From positions 186,001 to 250,000 of the forward strand of contig CAXHJY010001669.1 of assembly GCA_964016885.1 (NCBI GenBank): 64,000 bases of DNA, written 5' to 3'. Both the position numbers and the translations under genes were made by a program. Every line of letters starts with the position of its first letter. Positions within the stretch are counted from its first letter, which is position 1. Under the pieces are notes generated by a model that had not been told where the DNA came from, did not search any database, and worked only from the letters and a program-made list of their open reading frames with translations. Below, in pieces: positions 40,887 through 54,640 of this stretch. The DNA comes from Eledone cirrhosa. Lineage: Eukaryota.

Positions 40887-40929
<43 letters not shown>

Positions 40930-41199
40930 TAATCATAAATCACATTGGTCATTCTTATGATTTCTTATTGATAACGAGGTTCTTATTTTATGTATTTATC
41001 TTGTATATGCTAGTTAATGGTTTCGTCAGCCATTTTCTGAGAATTTTTACGCCTGTTTTTTTTTTTTTTTGTTAGTATGTATTTAATTTATGTAGTACGC
41101 TTCATGTGTTTAATTAATGTAATATTTGTCGCATTGTATTTGTGCCTAAACTCAACTGTAGCTTTGTCTGTTAAAATATCCATTATTAATTGGTGTTCG

Positions 41200-41345
41200 T
41201 TTTGTTTTGTGGATTCTGTTATCAAGTGCTTCCTTTGTGGATGGGAAGTTCAATGCTCTTCTGTTGATGGGAACAAGATGGAAGCTCGCCTCGTGCGGTC
41301 ACATATTTTGCCACGACTGCCTGTATAACACCATCTTTCTGAGCA
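41200..41345 (+). pseudogene. Frameshifted RING-finger-like exon remnant
   Basis: IKCFLCG in one frame and LASCGHIFCHDCL in another; partial duplicate at 41565-41700 has a TTTGTAG acceptor. Confidence 0.5.
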
Positions 41346-42199
41346 TTTGGGAGGAGGAGAGAAAAAAGACAGACAGAAAACCCTGGTCCGACAACTTTAA
41401 GGACTAGACAGGTTACAACACCGCGATTCTTGTACACATGATGGAGGATAGAGACAAGTGGTGACATCTAACTGCAACAACATCTAGAGTGGCATCTCAA
41501 CGATTGACTGCACCAGATGCGGGAACTTGAAGATGATTGAAGATGAGTATCTGGTTATTTGTTACATTGTATTTGTGCCTATATTAATCTGTAGCTTTGC
41601 CTATTAATTAGTCTGTTAAAATATCCGTTGTTAATTGATGTTTGTTTTATTTTGTAGATTTTTATCAAGTGCTTCGTTTGTGGATGAGAATTTAAATGCT
41701 CAGTAAGGATTTCACAACTAACAGTTGGTGACCATTTGGAGACTTTGATGTAAACCAGTGGCTCTCAAAGTGGGCGTTACTTCCCTCCCCCCGGGAGCAT
41801 TGAGACGGTCTAGGGGGCGCTGGGGCCTAAGGGGGTGGTAGGGAACGGGGGCGTTCGGAGGAATGGAGATGCTATTAGAGTCATTCCACCCATGCAAGTG
41901 AACGCGCCAGTGTTCTTTCTCCTACTTAACATGGGCCGGATTCATCAAATGTTCTCAACTTTAGAGAGATCAGATTGCTATCAGAACTAATAGGAACTAA
42001 CTATCAGTCCAATAAAAAGTATTTAGTGTCGCTTACATGTAGTCAACAATTTTTTTCTACACACATTTTATTTGTATACCGAGCGAGTAACGTATATATA
42101 AACGTTTTAAAATTTATGGGGTCTATTTCTGTTTTAATGTGTTTTGGTGTAATGTTAAAGAGAGCGAGATCAGTTGAGGTGAATTAATTGTGCCGTAAT

Positions 42200-42482
42200 G
42201 TTGTTATGAGATGCGAGTTTGATTTTTGTTGCGAGGCCCAAACTTTAGGTGTACTTTAAAGATGATGCCATCATCATTTGAGCAATGCTTATAGAATATT
42301 TTCCACATCATGCAGATAATGTAGCGCTCACGGCGGCTTTGGAGAGAATAGAGTTTGAGCTTTTCTTGACTCCAATAGTTAAGGCCTGTCATGCCGTCTA
42401 TCTTTTTTGTGATTGACCTTTGAGGTGATTCAATTTCTTAATACTTTGTTTCATGTGGGGACACCACAATGGACAACAGTAT
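42200..42482 (-). mobile_element. CR1/Jockey-like LINE 3' fragment
   Basis: YCCPLWCP..ESPQRSITKKI.GM..LNYW..LKLYSLQSRRERY. Confidence 0.7.
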
Positions 42483-42489
42483 ATATATT

Positions 42490-42674
42490 TAAGGATCGAT
42501 CGACTTTCGTCAAATCAGACCGAGGAAACAATGTTTCCGTTGGTCTTTCCAGTTGCTAATACTATCTATCAGTTGCAACTCCAGGTAGAAGGAGTAACAT
42601 GAAATAAAGTATCTTGCTCAAGGACATAACGCATCGCCCAGTCGAGGAATCGAACTCACAACCTAAAGATTGTG

Positions 42675-42678
<4 letters not shown>
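42490..42678 (-). mobile_element. SINE fragment
   Basis: B box (GAGTTCGATTCC) and TCCTTGAGCAAGATACTT on the minus strand. Confidence 0.6.
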
Positions 42679-42718
<40 letters not shown>

Positions 42719-43199
42719 AAAGTATGCGTACAAACTAATCAAGAAGAAGAGATAAGAGATTAATTGTGAGAATTATAAGCCAGTAGTGAAGAGAACAGTA
42801 TTAAGTACAAGACAAGAGAACAGTGAAAGTAAGCGAGAGAATCATACGTCATGGAAAAAGTGTATAGGCAGAGCGTTAATATAAAAATTATTGTTAGAGA
42901 ATACAGTATCAAATTCTTTAATAAATATATTTATTGGTTTTTAGAAGCCAGGCCAAAATTCAGTTCATAAAAATAAAATTTATCAATTATATAATCGATA
43001 AGAACAGATGATAATAAAACTAAACTAATAACTGACCTCATCTTCAGAACCAAAAAGAAAACATAATATTAAAAAATACATATCACTGGTGGTGGGGACT
43101 ACAAAAAACATGAAACACAAACCATACCACTTATCAATCGAAGGACTAAAACAGAAGTTATTCGTTTAAGTAATGGAGGAATAACTGACTTCTTTGAAT

Positions 43200-44263
43200 T
43201 TAGAATGTATTATACCTTCTGAAACGTTGATATCCCCGAATCAGATGATTATTTTGGACATTGTGCTAGTTGTGGCGGACTTCAGAGATTTTATAGTGTT
43301 ATGGCAGCGTTGATTGACATCCCTCTTGACTACATCCCATACGTAGTAATCCAACGGATTTGGGTCTGGAGAGCTAGGTGGTCACATGTTTGGCGTGGCA
43401 TGGATCCATTCTTGCGTTGTCTTGATCTTATGAGGCATCACAGTGTTGTTGCTAGGTGCACTGTCTTTTTTTGCGCATGCTCTCTATCCAAGGCATCACA
43501 ATCCTCTCCAACATTTTATAGTCAGCAGTATTGACCCTTGAGCCTTAAGAAAAGAAGTAAGGAAGCTTGACATCTCTCTCCTTACTCACGACTCCCAGAA
43601 CCATCACTGCCGGAAACTGTGTGCTGTGTGTGCATGACTAGTGGAACATCTCTAGGGTCTCTGTACAACTATCTGTCATTCCTTTGGTTGACCTTTTGGT
43701 TCTGATTAAAGCTTTTCTCATCAGAGGAAAAACCAAAGCATTATAAGCTTTTGATGTTTCAACTTGCTCAACAAACACTTTGCGCGTATCAGACAGTTAT
43801 ATTTTGTCTTTGCAGACACCTACCAGCTTCTCTGCATCACATATCACTTGTATAGAAAGTCCTCAAGCACAATTGTTCTGATAGTGTGCCTTGAAGCAAA
43901 AGCTCCTTAGCAATAGCGCTAATTGGCTTTCTGGAGTTCTTACCGATAATTTACTGCACCTTTCGTACAAATGTGGTATTAGGACCATCAACAGGCAGTT
44001 TACGTTTGGCTACTGCTGTAGAATCACTGTCAGCAGCTTCCAGCCCTTTGTGAACTTTCACAACAAACGACCGTTCAATTTTCAAGAACCGAGCAATCTC
44101 TAAATCACTATGGTCTGCCTTTAAGGCAATGGTTACAGTATGCCTTTTAATTTGCTGAGTTAGCTTGATGCCTGTCATCATTTATCTGAAAAGAAGTGAG
44201 GATCAGAATAAGTTAGTAAAAAGAGCTATTAAAAATGTGTCCTCAAAGAACTAAGCATCCCTG
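43200..44263 (-). mobile_element. Tc1/mariner (maT-like) transposon remnant
   Basis: TA|CAGGGATGC terminus; N-terminal HTH-like DLEIARFLKIERSFV; PPSSPDPNPLDYYVW near 43330-43385. Confidence 0.75.
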
Positions 44264-44894
44264 TAATATTTGGCGTTCTCACATAGTTACTGAGGTCGCT
44301 TTGAGATGATCAAAGTGAGATTTATGTATGCTTCTATATATGCCTCTATTTTAACTATTATGTACACTTCCATGTTAGATTTATGTATAACTGGTCAGAA
44401 TATTAGTGTATGTGAATGACAGAGCTTAAATGAGCTGAGAGAAAATTTTAATTGAATATACTGTGCAAGAGTGATGATTGCGCTGATATAGACATGTGAA
44501 ACAAAAGGAGAACGAGGGTTGTATAAAAAGTGCCAAACGCTTGAAGTGGAAGATCAAGGAAAATATGGGACGAAGTTGTAGAGAATGACAGCAAGAAACT
44601 GAACCCGACAAAGGAGATAATAAAAGACAGAGTTGATTGATGATATGCCATAATATAAAAGACATGCCCACCAGTACAAGCAGTGAGACACTAAAAGTAA
44701 GTGTTATGAGAGATTGGAGGCTACAGTGTTTGGTAATCAAATGTAGACAATATAGGGTTTGAGGGAACACTTCAGTCTGGCCAAGCATGTGATGAGTTCT
44801 TTAGTACTAGTGCCACGATAATATGTACTCAGTACATCTTGTAAATTGTTAGTGTTGGAGAATTTATAGAATATACTTAGTCAATTGTGTAAAG

Positions 44895-45090
44895 TGGTTG
44901 TGCTGGTCTCGCAAAAACAATGCACCCAGTAAACTCTCTAAAGTGGTTATGTTAGGAAGGGCATTCAGCCATAGGAACCATGCCAAATATGTTATGTATG
45001 AGCAAGATGAGGTCGCTTCGATGTTTGGTCTCAGATTGACAACCCGTCCAACACATACCAGTGTGAAAAGTGGACATAAAATGTGGGTGA
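44895..45090 (+). mobile_element. SINE 3' part
   Basis: GTTAGGAAGGGCATTCAGCC...GGACATAAAATG resembles invertebrate SINE tails (from recall). Confidence 0.5.
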
Positions 45091-45210
45091 TTAGATTTTT
45101 TTGAATTCAATACCTGTATATATAACTTTTCAATTCCAATATATGCGCCAAACCAACTTTGATATGTAAAATTGAGGATTTACTGTGTATTATCTTTTCA
45201 GAACAAAACT

Positions 45211-46968
45211 ATGGTTTCATCAACCCCGCCTAAACAAGTGTAGGCAGTATAGTGTCGACTACCTGAAGTATGAGTTTGTTGCAACTCCAGCAACCACAGT
45301 GTCTACTATGCAAAAAGACCTTTACAAACGAAGCGATGAAACCATCAAGGTTTCAGGAACACTTGAGCAAGATGCATCCTGATAAAGCAGAAAAAAAATT
45401 GTGTTATTTTCAATCTCTTCGAGATAATTTTCACAGGTGGAAAACAATCGGAAGTTTTTCCACAGTTCATACAATCAGTCTAATGACAGTTTGCGCCCTT
45501 CATATAATATTTCACTTCTAATTGCGAAGTCCGGTAGACCTCACACAATAGGAGAATAGCTAATCTTACCAGCTGTAAATGGAGTCATAAAGACGGTGCT
45601 ACAAAGCGCACCATAGCCAATTATCAAAGGTATTCCTCTGAGTAATAGCTCTGTCCAGAGGAGGGTTGATGAAAGCGGCAGAAGATGTCAAAGAACAACT
45701 CTGCCCAATTCTGAAGAAAACAGAATTTAGCTTGCAGTTAGACGAGTCTACTTTGCCAGGCAATGCATCCCTCCTCACATATGTTCGTTTCGTGAAAGAT
45801 GAAATTTGTTCCGAGAACTGCTGTTTGCCAGACTATTCGAAACTGATACCAAAGGGGAATCCATTTTCAATGTGGTCAGGGATTTTATCGACGAAAAGGA
45901 AATCCCATTGACTAATATCGTAGCCTGTGCGACTGACGGTGCACCGTCAATGATTGGCTGTCATCGCAGCTTCATCAGTTATCTCAAAGCCAGTCTACCT
46001 GATGTCTTCATGATGCACTGTGTGATTCACCGACAGCATCTTGTTGCACGAAACCTCAGTGGTCGTGTTTACTATTCCCTAAATACGGTCATATTTGCCG
46101 TAAATAAAATCAAGGATCGTGCTCTGAACTATCATCTCTTTGCCTGAAAACGATGAGGATTTCCAAAACTTGCTGCTCCACACAGAGATGAGGTGGTTAT
46201 CAAGAGGAAATTGTCTCAGTCAATTTTACATATTGTTTGATTCAGTAATGGAGTTCTTTGATACCGCCATCCCTGAACTTAGTGAGAGGCTTAAAAGCAC
46301 GAAGAAGGATATTGCATACTTGTCTGACTTATTCACTAAATTCGATGAAGTGAGTAAGTAGCTGCAAGGAGATGGTGTTAATGTCATTCAAGTGAAATCA
46401 ACCATCTGAACATTTCAAGCTAAACTTGTTATGTATAAGCGCAACATTGGACGCTGGGAGTTTCTCCAGTTTCCTTGCTTGTCTGCTTTTGAAAAGGACG
46501 GAAAACTTCCAGACGAGGATCTGTTTGTCTTTTGCTCCCACCTTACTGAACTGCACGAAGATATTGTGTGACGATTTCATGATCTGTTTGCTCTTCGAGT
46601 CCCTGAATGGATTATCAACCCCTTCATTGACATATGTGGAGAAGAGAGTGGAGAGTTAGAAGAGAGTAGAGAGTTAGAGGAGGAGCTGATAACTCTTCAG
46701 AATGAAATTGAGATGACGCCTAAATTCTGTAAGGGCTATCAAGAATTTTGGCTTCAAAAGGCTATCCGTGACCGCTATCCAGAGCTTTGGAAGAAAGTCA
46801 AATTGTTCTTCATTGCCTTTCCAACATTATATTTGGTTGAGAGAGAGTTCAGTGCGGTTTCTGGCCTTCTTACGAATTACAGAGCGTGGAGATATCAGGC
46901 TTCTTAGTACATTTCAGCCTTAGATTGAGAGGCTACTTTCACTTCACTAAATGCATCCTTCTCATTGA
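45211..46968 (+). pseudogene. hAT transposase (SCAND3/ZBED-like), many stops and frameshifts
   Basis: PQCLLC..EAMKPSR..H, FSLQLDEST, CATDGAPSM, HCVIHRQHL, HTEMRWLSRG, FPTLYLVEREFS. Confidence 0.9.
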
Positions 46969-47769
46969 ACCCCTTCTCTAAAAACCAATCTGGGTGGGCT
47001 GTTTTTGTGGTATACTAATGACTTCTCCAATATGCGTTGTAAATTTGTGCACTGTTTTATTAAGAATATATTTGCGTATGTAGAAAGGTCTATTTTTTGG
47101 CGGTGGATTGGGTGACGCTATGGATTTATTATTTGTAATATTATTATAGCATCGTATACATATGATATAATAGTATATTAACTATCAAATGATACATATT
47201 ATATATAAATTAGTAAAATATAAAAAATTATATGATATATATAAATTAATGATTTTATTTGTTATATATTATTTATAATTTGCGTGTTGGCAGGTCTCTC
47301 TTGAAATAGGGGTGGGGGCGCTGAGGGTATAACGGGGCCGTGAGTGGGGAGGTGGCCCTAAAAGCTTGAGAACCTCTGATGTAAACGGACGTGTTGCTAT
47401 TGTTGTTGTTTCAATGTAAATATTTATTTCTACATAAATCTAACATCCAGAAAAGAAATACAAATTCACTTCTAGATATATGAAAAAATAGATCGATAAA
47501 AACGATAAAATACTCTCGTGTTCTCAATATAGCATATATGTGTGTCTGTGTTCGTATATATGTGTGTATGTGTGTATCTGTGTGCGCGTACGTGTGTTTG
47601 TGTATGCATGTGCATGCATGTGCGTGTGCGTGCATGTGTTTGTGTGTGCGTTTGTATGTGTGTATGTGCACGGATGTGTGCGTAATATGTTAATATGTGG
47701 ATTATATCATTAAAAAAACATTCAGGACATATATAACGAAACACACACACACATACACACACACTCACG

Positions 47770-47843
<74 letters not shown>

Positions 47844-47849
47844 CATACA

Positions 47850-47909
<60 letters not shown>

Positions 47910-47912
<3 letters not shown>

Positions 47913-50095
47913 CGTTTCTGAATTTGTTGCTTTCACTCCAATTTATTATAAATTAAATTTATAAATTTAAGAATTTATAAATTTCCGGTTCCATAACCGG
48001 ACGGTTGTTCATATATTGTCAAAGTTCTTTCGTCACACATTCTGTGACCTCTTCAGTGACTGGGATTCTTTTCTTTGTTTTGTGCCTCTCCTTTGTTCTA
48101 TCCTACGCCATCTTGTTTTTGTGTGTGTTGTGTGCTTAGTTTGCGCATGCGCCACATCCGGGTGTCTGTGTGTGTTTTTATTTGTTTATTTATTTGTTTA
48201 TTTACATGTTACTGGTTGGTTGTTTGTTCAATGTGTGTGTGTGTTTTCATTTTGTCCTTAATTGTAAGTTGTGATGTAGCTGTTCCATTCATGTTTTCTA
48301 TTTAATTTTGGTTGGAGTTCATTTATGTTTATTGCCTCTGTGATTTGTCTAAACATTGCGTCTTTTCTGTGTGTAGATTCTATTTTTATTTCTATGTTCT
48401 CTAATTTTCCCTTATGTTCTATTTTAGCATGTTGGTAGAGTACAGATGATTCTTTTTTATCTTGAAGTTCTCGCCAGTGTTCATTTAACCGTTCTCCTAT
48501 ACTACGAACTGTCTCACCTATGTACACTATATTCTTATCTTTACATTTTCCTTCAGTACATCTTATGCTATATACTACATTTCTAGTTTTACAGTTAATA
48601 TGGAGGCTTAGTTTACAGATTATGCATTTCTTATCTATACAGGGAGGTCTTTGAAAAGGGTATGTATTGCTAATAAGTGCTTTTATGGTGGTACCTGGTC
48701 TTTCTACTATCTTAATATTAAGTTTATGTTTATCTAGGGCCCTTCTAAATTTGTAAGCTAATTCACCTCTAGGGGTTGTATTGATGAACATTACACTCTG
48801 GTATTTATTGCTATCATACTATGAGTTTATTCTATTAACCTTATTCCTAGTCCTTTCTATTCTATTCCAAAATTTGCTCCTATACAAGGGGCAGGTCCCA
48901 TTTGTATCATTATGTTTTCCCATTTGGTTCTGGCTCCTCTATATACTCTGATTTTATCTCTCTGATTGTAACCAGAGAACTGTATACGATGGATGAAGTG
49001 TTGTATGTGTCTCTCTAGTTCTTTGGAGTTGCACATGCGCGACACGTTTCTCATCACCCGTACCAAATCCGCAATCAGTATGTTGATTTTGGTGTGATCC
49101 GAAACAGCTGAGTTTCGGTGGATCAGATATTTGGAAGTCATGGGTTTGGCATAATGGGAACGGAGGATTTGTTTTTTGTTATTAATGGTTTCTAACTAGA
49201 GCTCTGTGTCTAGTACAGGTAATCGATGGTTGGGGTGTTTGCTTGGGTAGTCTATAGTAACTCTAATACTCTGGTGGATGGAGTTAGCTATTTGCTGGAT
49301 GCTTTCCATAGTGTTTTTCTCTAATTTCTGACTGTTCTCTAGTGGGGTGTTTTACTACGATGTTTATATCATCAACGTAGCGGGAGTACATTATCAGGGT
49401 TAAGAGGTTGCTGTCTTCTAATTGTTCTTTAAGTTTAAGTTTAAGTTTATTGTCCCACCATACCATGAATAGGTTAGCTATGTCACCTGCAATGCTAACA
49501 CCAATGGCTGCTCCCTCCTCTTGGGCATATGTTTTAAATTTGAACATATGTTCCTTAAGGGTTAATTTTATACTGGCCCCCACCGCATGTGCAATCATTT
49601 TCTTTAGTTCATCGTGGTTTTCGGTGTGTGGGTTTTCTTGGCCATTGAGGTAATGGTAGGTGGTCTGCCTCTTGCTGGTCTTGTAGGGCAAAGGTTGCTA
49701 AGGTCATATGTATCTAGATAATCATTACTATAGGTAAGTTTAAGTAGGAGTCCCAGCTCACTGGTATCAATCCCACGGAATTCAACATTGCTCTCACTGA
49801 TCATTTCTACGCATTTCTCCACAGCAAAATCCACGTCAATGGATGAATATAGGGACACAACATCCATACTACCTATTATACAGTTTGTTACGTCCCTAGA
49901 TCGGTTATTTTCGTAGATTCTGCTGAGGAGGTCCTCCGTGCTGTCACATATATCTGGGGACATTTCAATGATGGGGCGTATGATCAGGGAGAGGAAGTAG
50001 GAATGTCTGTAGTTACTAGCAATGTTAGCTCCATAGACTGGCCGTGTTGGTGGTCCTGTGACATGGTCACTGCTCGTTTTATGGTCTTTTCGAAG
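47910..50095 (-). mobile_element. PLE family A (RT + GIY-YIG + 3' HHR), frameshifted
   Basis: GSMDVVSLY, QEEGAAIG, YSRYVDD, CxxxxCxxC..CKTRNVVY, YIGETVRSIGERLNEH; ends in (TA)n. Confidence 0.92.
48018..48060 (-). ncRNA. Type-I hammerhead ribozyme, PLE family A
   Basis: Identical motif to 4516-4558. Confidence 0.75.
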
Positions 50096-50540
50096 AAGCA
50101 CAATTTAGTATAGCTAGATCTAAACTTAGAAATATTATAGAACAGTATAGCAAGAAGCAAAATAGAATGGAGGCCCAGCAACTGGGAGAAAAATCTGCAA
50201 ATGGCTTGCGTAAGCTCATGCAGCCCTCGCGTAATGGAGAGATTGCATGCTTTCTAACAGACAAGTCTGGCAGAATGTCGGTTGACAGTCTGTCAAACTA
50301 CACCCAGGCAATGCAATCCCACATCACTAACACAAGAGAAGTAACACCACAAGAGCATGAGGATAGGGAGAAAACCCTCAATGCCCATATGATGATGTGG
50401 ACAAACATAATGCAGCCCAATAAAAGGACTGCCAACAACTTCCAGGCCTGGAACAATGACGTGCCAGCGTTGTATGGGCTTCGAAAAGACCATAAAACGA
50501 GCAGTGACCCTGTCACAGGACCACCAGCACGGCCAGTCTG
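50096..50540 (+). mobile_element. Inverted upstream segment of the same PLE
   Basis: TDKSGRMSV...LYGLRKDHK...PPARPV; the last 60 nt or so are also present inverted at 50037-50096. Confidence 0.88.
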
Positions 50541-50740
50541 ATTTTGTCAGATTTTAAGAACATCTGCATACAATTTGTAGTGTAAAGTATGTGACATGAA
50601 TTGTAATAGTGACGTTGGTGTGATTGGATGAATGTGTAAATCGATCTTTCCTATATAAAGGCGTTGTGTTGAATGCCGTATTGAATGAACAATAAACAAA
50701 ATCTGCTACTTAAATAATTTTAGTAATTAATAACTTGCCT

Positions 50741-50950
50741 GAGAGCGGTAGATTAGCAGTATCGGTAGAGCGACGAACAACATGCGGCATAGAGTTACGG
50801 CCCTTTACGATCTGTGTTCAAATCCTGCCGAGGTTAGCTTTGCCTTACGGGGCCGATAAAATAAAGTACAAGTAATGCACTGGAGTCGATTTAATCGACA
50901 TTCCCACTCCCAAAAATTGTTGGCTTTCTGTCTAAATCAGAAACCACCAA
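50741..50950 (+). mobile_element. tRNA-derived SINE with Nin/Deu-like core
   Basis: Homologous to 38895-39120; A and B boxes visible. Confidence 0.8.
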
Positions 50951-52289
50951 TTAATAACTTGCTTCGAAGTTATTGAGGCAATCTAGGAAAAACAATAGAT
51001 ATTCACAGTAAAATTGTGTGAGCGTTTGTATGTTGTTGGTGATAGTATGACAGTCTTAGCACGCTGGTCTAAAGGCCGAGACCTAAAAGGTCGGAATAAA
51101 TCTATTGACAACTAGATACATCGTTCTGATGTCTTTTATGAACTGGGGCTAATTGTGTCGGACAGCCGAGAGCAGTCTATTTCATATGATGATAGCATTA
51201 TATTCTGATAATCTGCAGATGGTCTCAAGAAAACCATTCCTCGAGACAATTTGGCGACACGAGTCCCAAACAAATGAATTAAATATGTATGAGGCGAAAA
51301 GGTCAGCGTGTGTGGTCACAATGACCTATTTAGCTAACTTGAGAACAAATTCAAATCAGTCTGATTGCATTCGCTACATATTTACCTAGACAAAATTGTA
51401 TTTCTGGACTGACTGAATTCGTAGTTACACAACGGAAGTTGTCGACAACTGGAAATGAATTAGAGAAATATAATTTACCCAGATTATATTCACTCCTAAC
51501 AACAATGTCCTAAGCCATGCGGAGCCACAATTCATTTAATAACTTCGAGGAGGAATGTTCACAAATACAGTTTTAACTGTACTCAAAATCACTAAGGCAA
51601 ACATTTCTCAAAGTTTGAAAATGTGAAAGTCCCAAATGTATAAATTAACTGTAATGACACTATAGATAATAGTTGAGAATGTTTGATTAATTACCGTTAG
51701 GGACGAGACAATGTTGGTAGATGCACCCCTGTCTATTTTCCCCATTTCTAAGTGTAATTTACCATGCTTTCTCAACTTATCTATTGTGATCGACTATTAT
51801 TACAGTTTTTTTCTGCGTATGGGACTCTCACGTTTTCAAATTTCAGAAACTCACAACGCTTCGATAATTCGTAAGGTCTATTTCTCAAAATGCATAAACA
51901 TATTTAGAACCATGTCCACCATCTCTCTACTATAAACCACAATATGGAGTGGACTTCTGTGAGTTTCGACAATGAGTGCTCCAATGGTTCGATCGAATTC
52001 ATGAAATTAACGTGTAATTATTCCAAAGACACGTGTACCCTTAACTCAATTCCTCGGGAGATTCAGCATGACACAGTGTGTAACATGACTGGTCCTTTGA
52101 TTTACAGGTACAATCCGTCCGACGGGATTCTAAACAGTTTCCGTCTGCTCAAGTATATTCAGAAGACATGAGTCGACCTGAAGCTATGGTAAATGATATT
52201 TGACCAAGATGCCATGCAGTTGGATCAAAGCCGGGACCTAATGCTTGTGAAGCGAACTTCTAAACCATTTTGCTATTAAAACGATGAAG

Positions 52290-52950
52290 GTCCAACAATA
52301 TATATATATTGATTGCAATTGTTGATTTCTGTATTTGATTCGGTATGTGATATCTTTTGTTTGACTATAAATTTAAAGAAAACGGTTTTGTGTCAACCTG
52401 CACTTGATCAATTTGTGCAGCAACCTAAAATATGTGTGAAAGCTAATCTTCTTAAGGTTGATGAATCTTTCATATACCTTGGGAGTGCAGTGAATAAAGA
52501 TAAACATTGGATTCAGAAATAACTCTAAGCATTCAAAAGACAGCAAAATGTTTCGGTAGTTTAAAGTCTCGGGTTTGGTCACAAAGACATATCAAGAATG
52601 AAACAAAAATATGTTTATAAATCCTTTATGTTATCCTCTCTTCTGTACTCCTTGGAAAGGTTGGAGGTATTAAAAACATTATTTCAGACTCCTGGAACGA
52701 TTCCATCAAAAATGTTTACGCCATATTCTGAAATAAAATGGAATCCATTCACTTCTTACTTTGGATCTGGTATTTGTTCCATCCCGGCAATAATTTTGAA
52801 AAGCCAGCTGCGGTCCGTATGAGTGACGAGCGTGTCCCTAAGCAATTGTGTTATGTGGAAGTTGTTCAGGAAAACCTGGAAAGTTTCGCAGCGGATCGTT
52901 ATATCTGGTGTTCAAAATGATGGGATGGGGTGAAAACGTTAAAGCAAAAC
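52290..52950 (+). mobile_element. RTE/BovB-like LINE fragment
   Basis: LTINLKKTVLCQP, FIYLGSAV, SSLLYS, RMSDERVPKQLCY. Confidence 0.7.
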
Positions 52951-53255
52951 AAGTTAATGAAGATTAATATTAAGGGGTAGGGTGGGGGAGCCAGTAAGGG
53001 AATATGAACTTTTCATTTATAGTTTGGGCCAAATTTGCATTCGTTGTCGACTTATTTTCCGAAAATGGAACGAGGGGAGTGAATTAAGGGTGGGGTGGGG
53101 GGGGGGGGGGGGGTTACTGCTCTTTCTAGCACACAGATACTGTCTGGTCGTCCTTCAAGCTAGCTATATAGATGGAGTGAAATACTAATTCAACTCTCTC
53201 TAACTATCAAAAACGTAATTTGTGAAATTCTGTGTGTGTGTGTGCGCGCGCGCGC

Positions 53256-53305
<50 letters not shown>

Positions 53306-53999
53306 GTGTGTGTGTGTAGGTGTGTGTGTGTAGGTGTGTGTGTAGCTGTGTGTGTGTGTGTCTGTCTATCTGTCTATGTAGGTGTGTGTGTGTCTGTGTA
53401 GGTGTGTGTGTTTCTGTGTAGGTGTGTGTGTGTCTGTGTAGGTGTGTGTGTTTCTGTATGTCCAACAACGCAACACAGACTTAAAAAAAACACTTTCACT
53501 ATACTGACAGGTAATTTATGTTGTTGTCATTCTGGCTTTCTCGTTTTTTTCCTAGTTTTTTTTTTTTTATTCGTGTTTTCAACTAATGTGACCTCACAAT
53601 CGCCTCTTTTCCGAAAACGGAATGAGGGGGTAAACACGTAAACTATGGTTCCGATGCTGCCATGTTTGCACTACAAAAATGAAATATACCCGACGAGGTG
53701 TCCAACCTCCAACACGGCCAATATATTACCAATAGAGGGGAGGGGGAGATTTCTTCTGTGGAAATTTGTTTTCTTTTCTATTTTTTTTTCCGTTTATTTT
53801 CGACCGATCTGACATCAGACTCACTCGCCAACGACTCCTTTTTCCGAAAACGGAGGCAGGGAATGAGGGGGACTCTCGGAGTTACAGATAAGCACCTCTC
53901 AGCCGTTTAAATTTATAGAAAAGCAATCCCTTTCTACTGAAGAATGTTTTTATCCTTCATAAGTTTCTACTGTTGTGGAAAGCGTTGTAAATTTAATTA

Positions 54000-54640
54000 A
54001 TCAAGTGTTCTTCCAATTTTGAAATCCATCGTTCCAACGAGGAGTGGCTGTGTGGAAGAGCCTTTTTTTACCCCCCAAAAATCACAATGAAGGCCATCAA
54101 CAAAAATCTCACAAATGATCCCTGGAGATAGCCAGACCTATAAATCTATCGACAAAGTTGTCAACGAAGAAAAAGCTGTTCATTTTCCTGTTAAATGTCT
54201 CAATAGTCTGGAATCGTCTGGTATGCTGTTACACAACCTTGAATCGAAGAAGGGCACAATCATTATGCTTTTCAGAAAGCTGGATCAGTCAAGATTGTGT
54301 AATGGGATACATATGGTTGTAACTGAACTACAGATTCACATTATCGAAACCAAAATCTTTACTGGATGTGGTAAGGGAGACATCGTATTTATACCTACAA
54401 TATTGCTAATACCATCAGATTTCCCCTTTTCGTTTCAAACTATTACAATTCCCAAATGAGAGTCAGTTACTTAATGACCATTAACAAGTCCCAAGGTCAA
54501 ACCCTGCAGGTTATCAGTCTCCATCTAGAAGAAGGCTATTTCACACATTATCAATTTTGTGTAGGTTGTTCCAGAGTAGGAAACCTCTACAAACTCTACA
54601 TTTATGCTAAAAAAAAAAACAGTTAAAAACAATGTGTACA
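54000..54640 (+). pseudogene. Helitron PIF1-like helicase C-terminal fragment
   Basis: LNSLESSG..HNL, RLCNG, VFIPTILLIPSD.PF, QFP, MTINKSQGQTL. Confidence 0.85.

Larger units (their letters stand above)
41756..47378 (+). mobile_element. hAT (Buster/Charlie-type) transposon with nested insertions
   Basis: TIRs CAGTGGCTCTCAA / TTGAGAACCTCTG; 8-bp TSD ATGTAAAC at 41748-41755 and 47379-47386. Confidence 0.9.

Noticed and set aside
42492-42530. GTC(TGATTT)GAC-GAAA hairpin resembling half a hammerhead
   Set aside because: No CUGANGA box upstream; it lies in a SINE tail.
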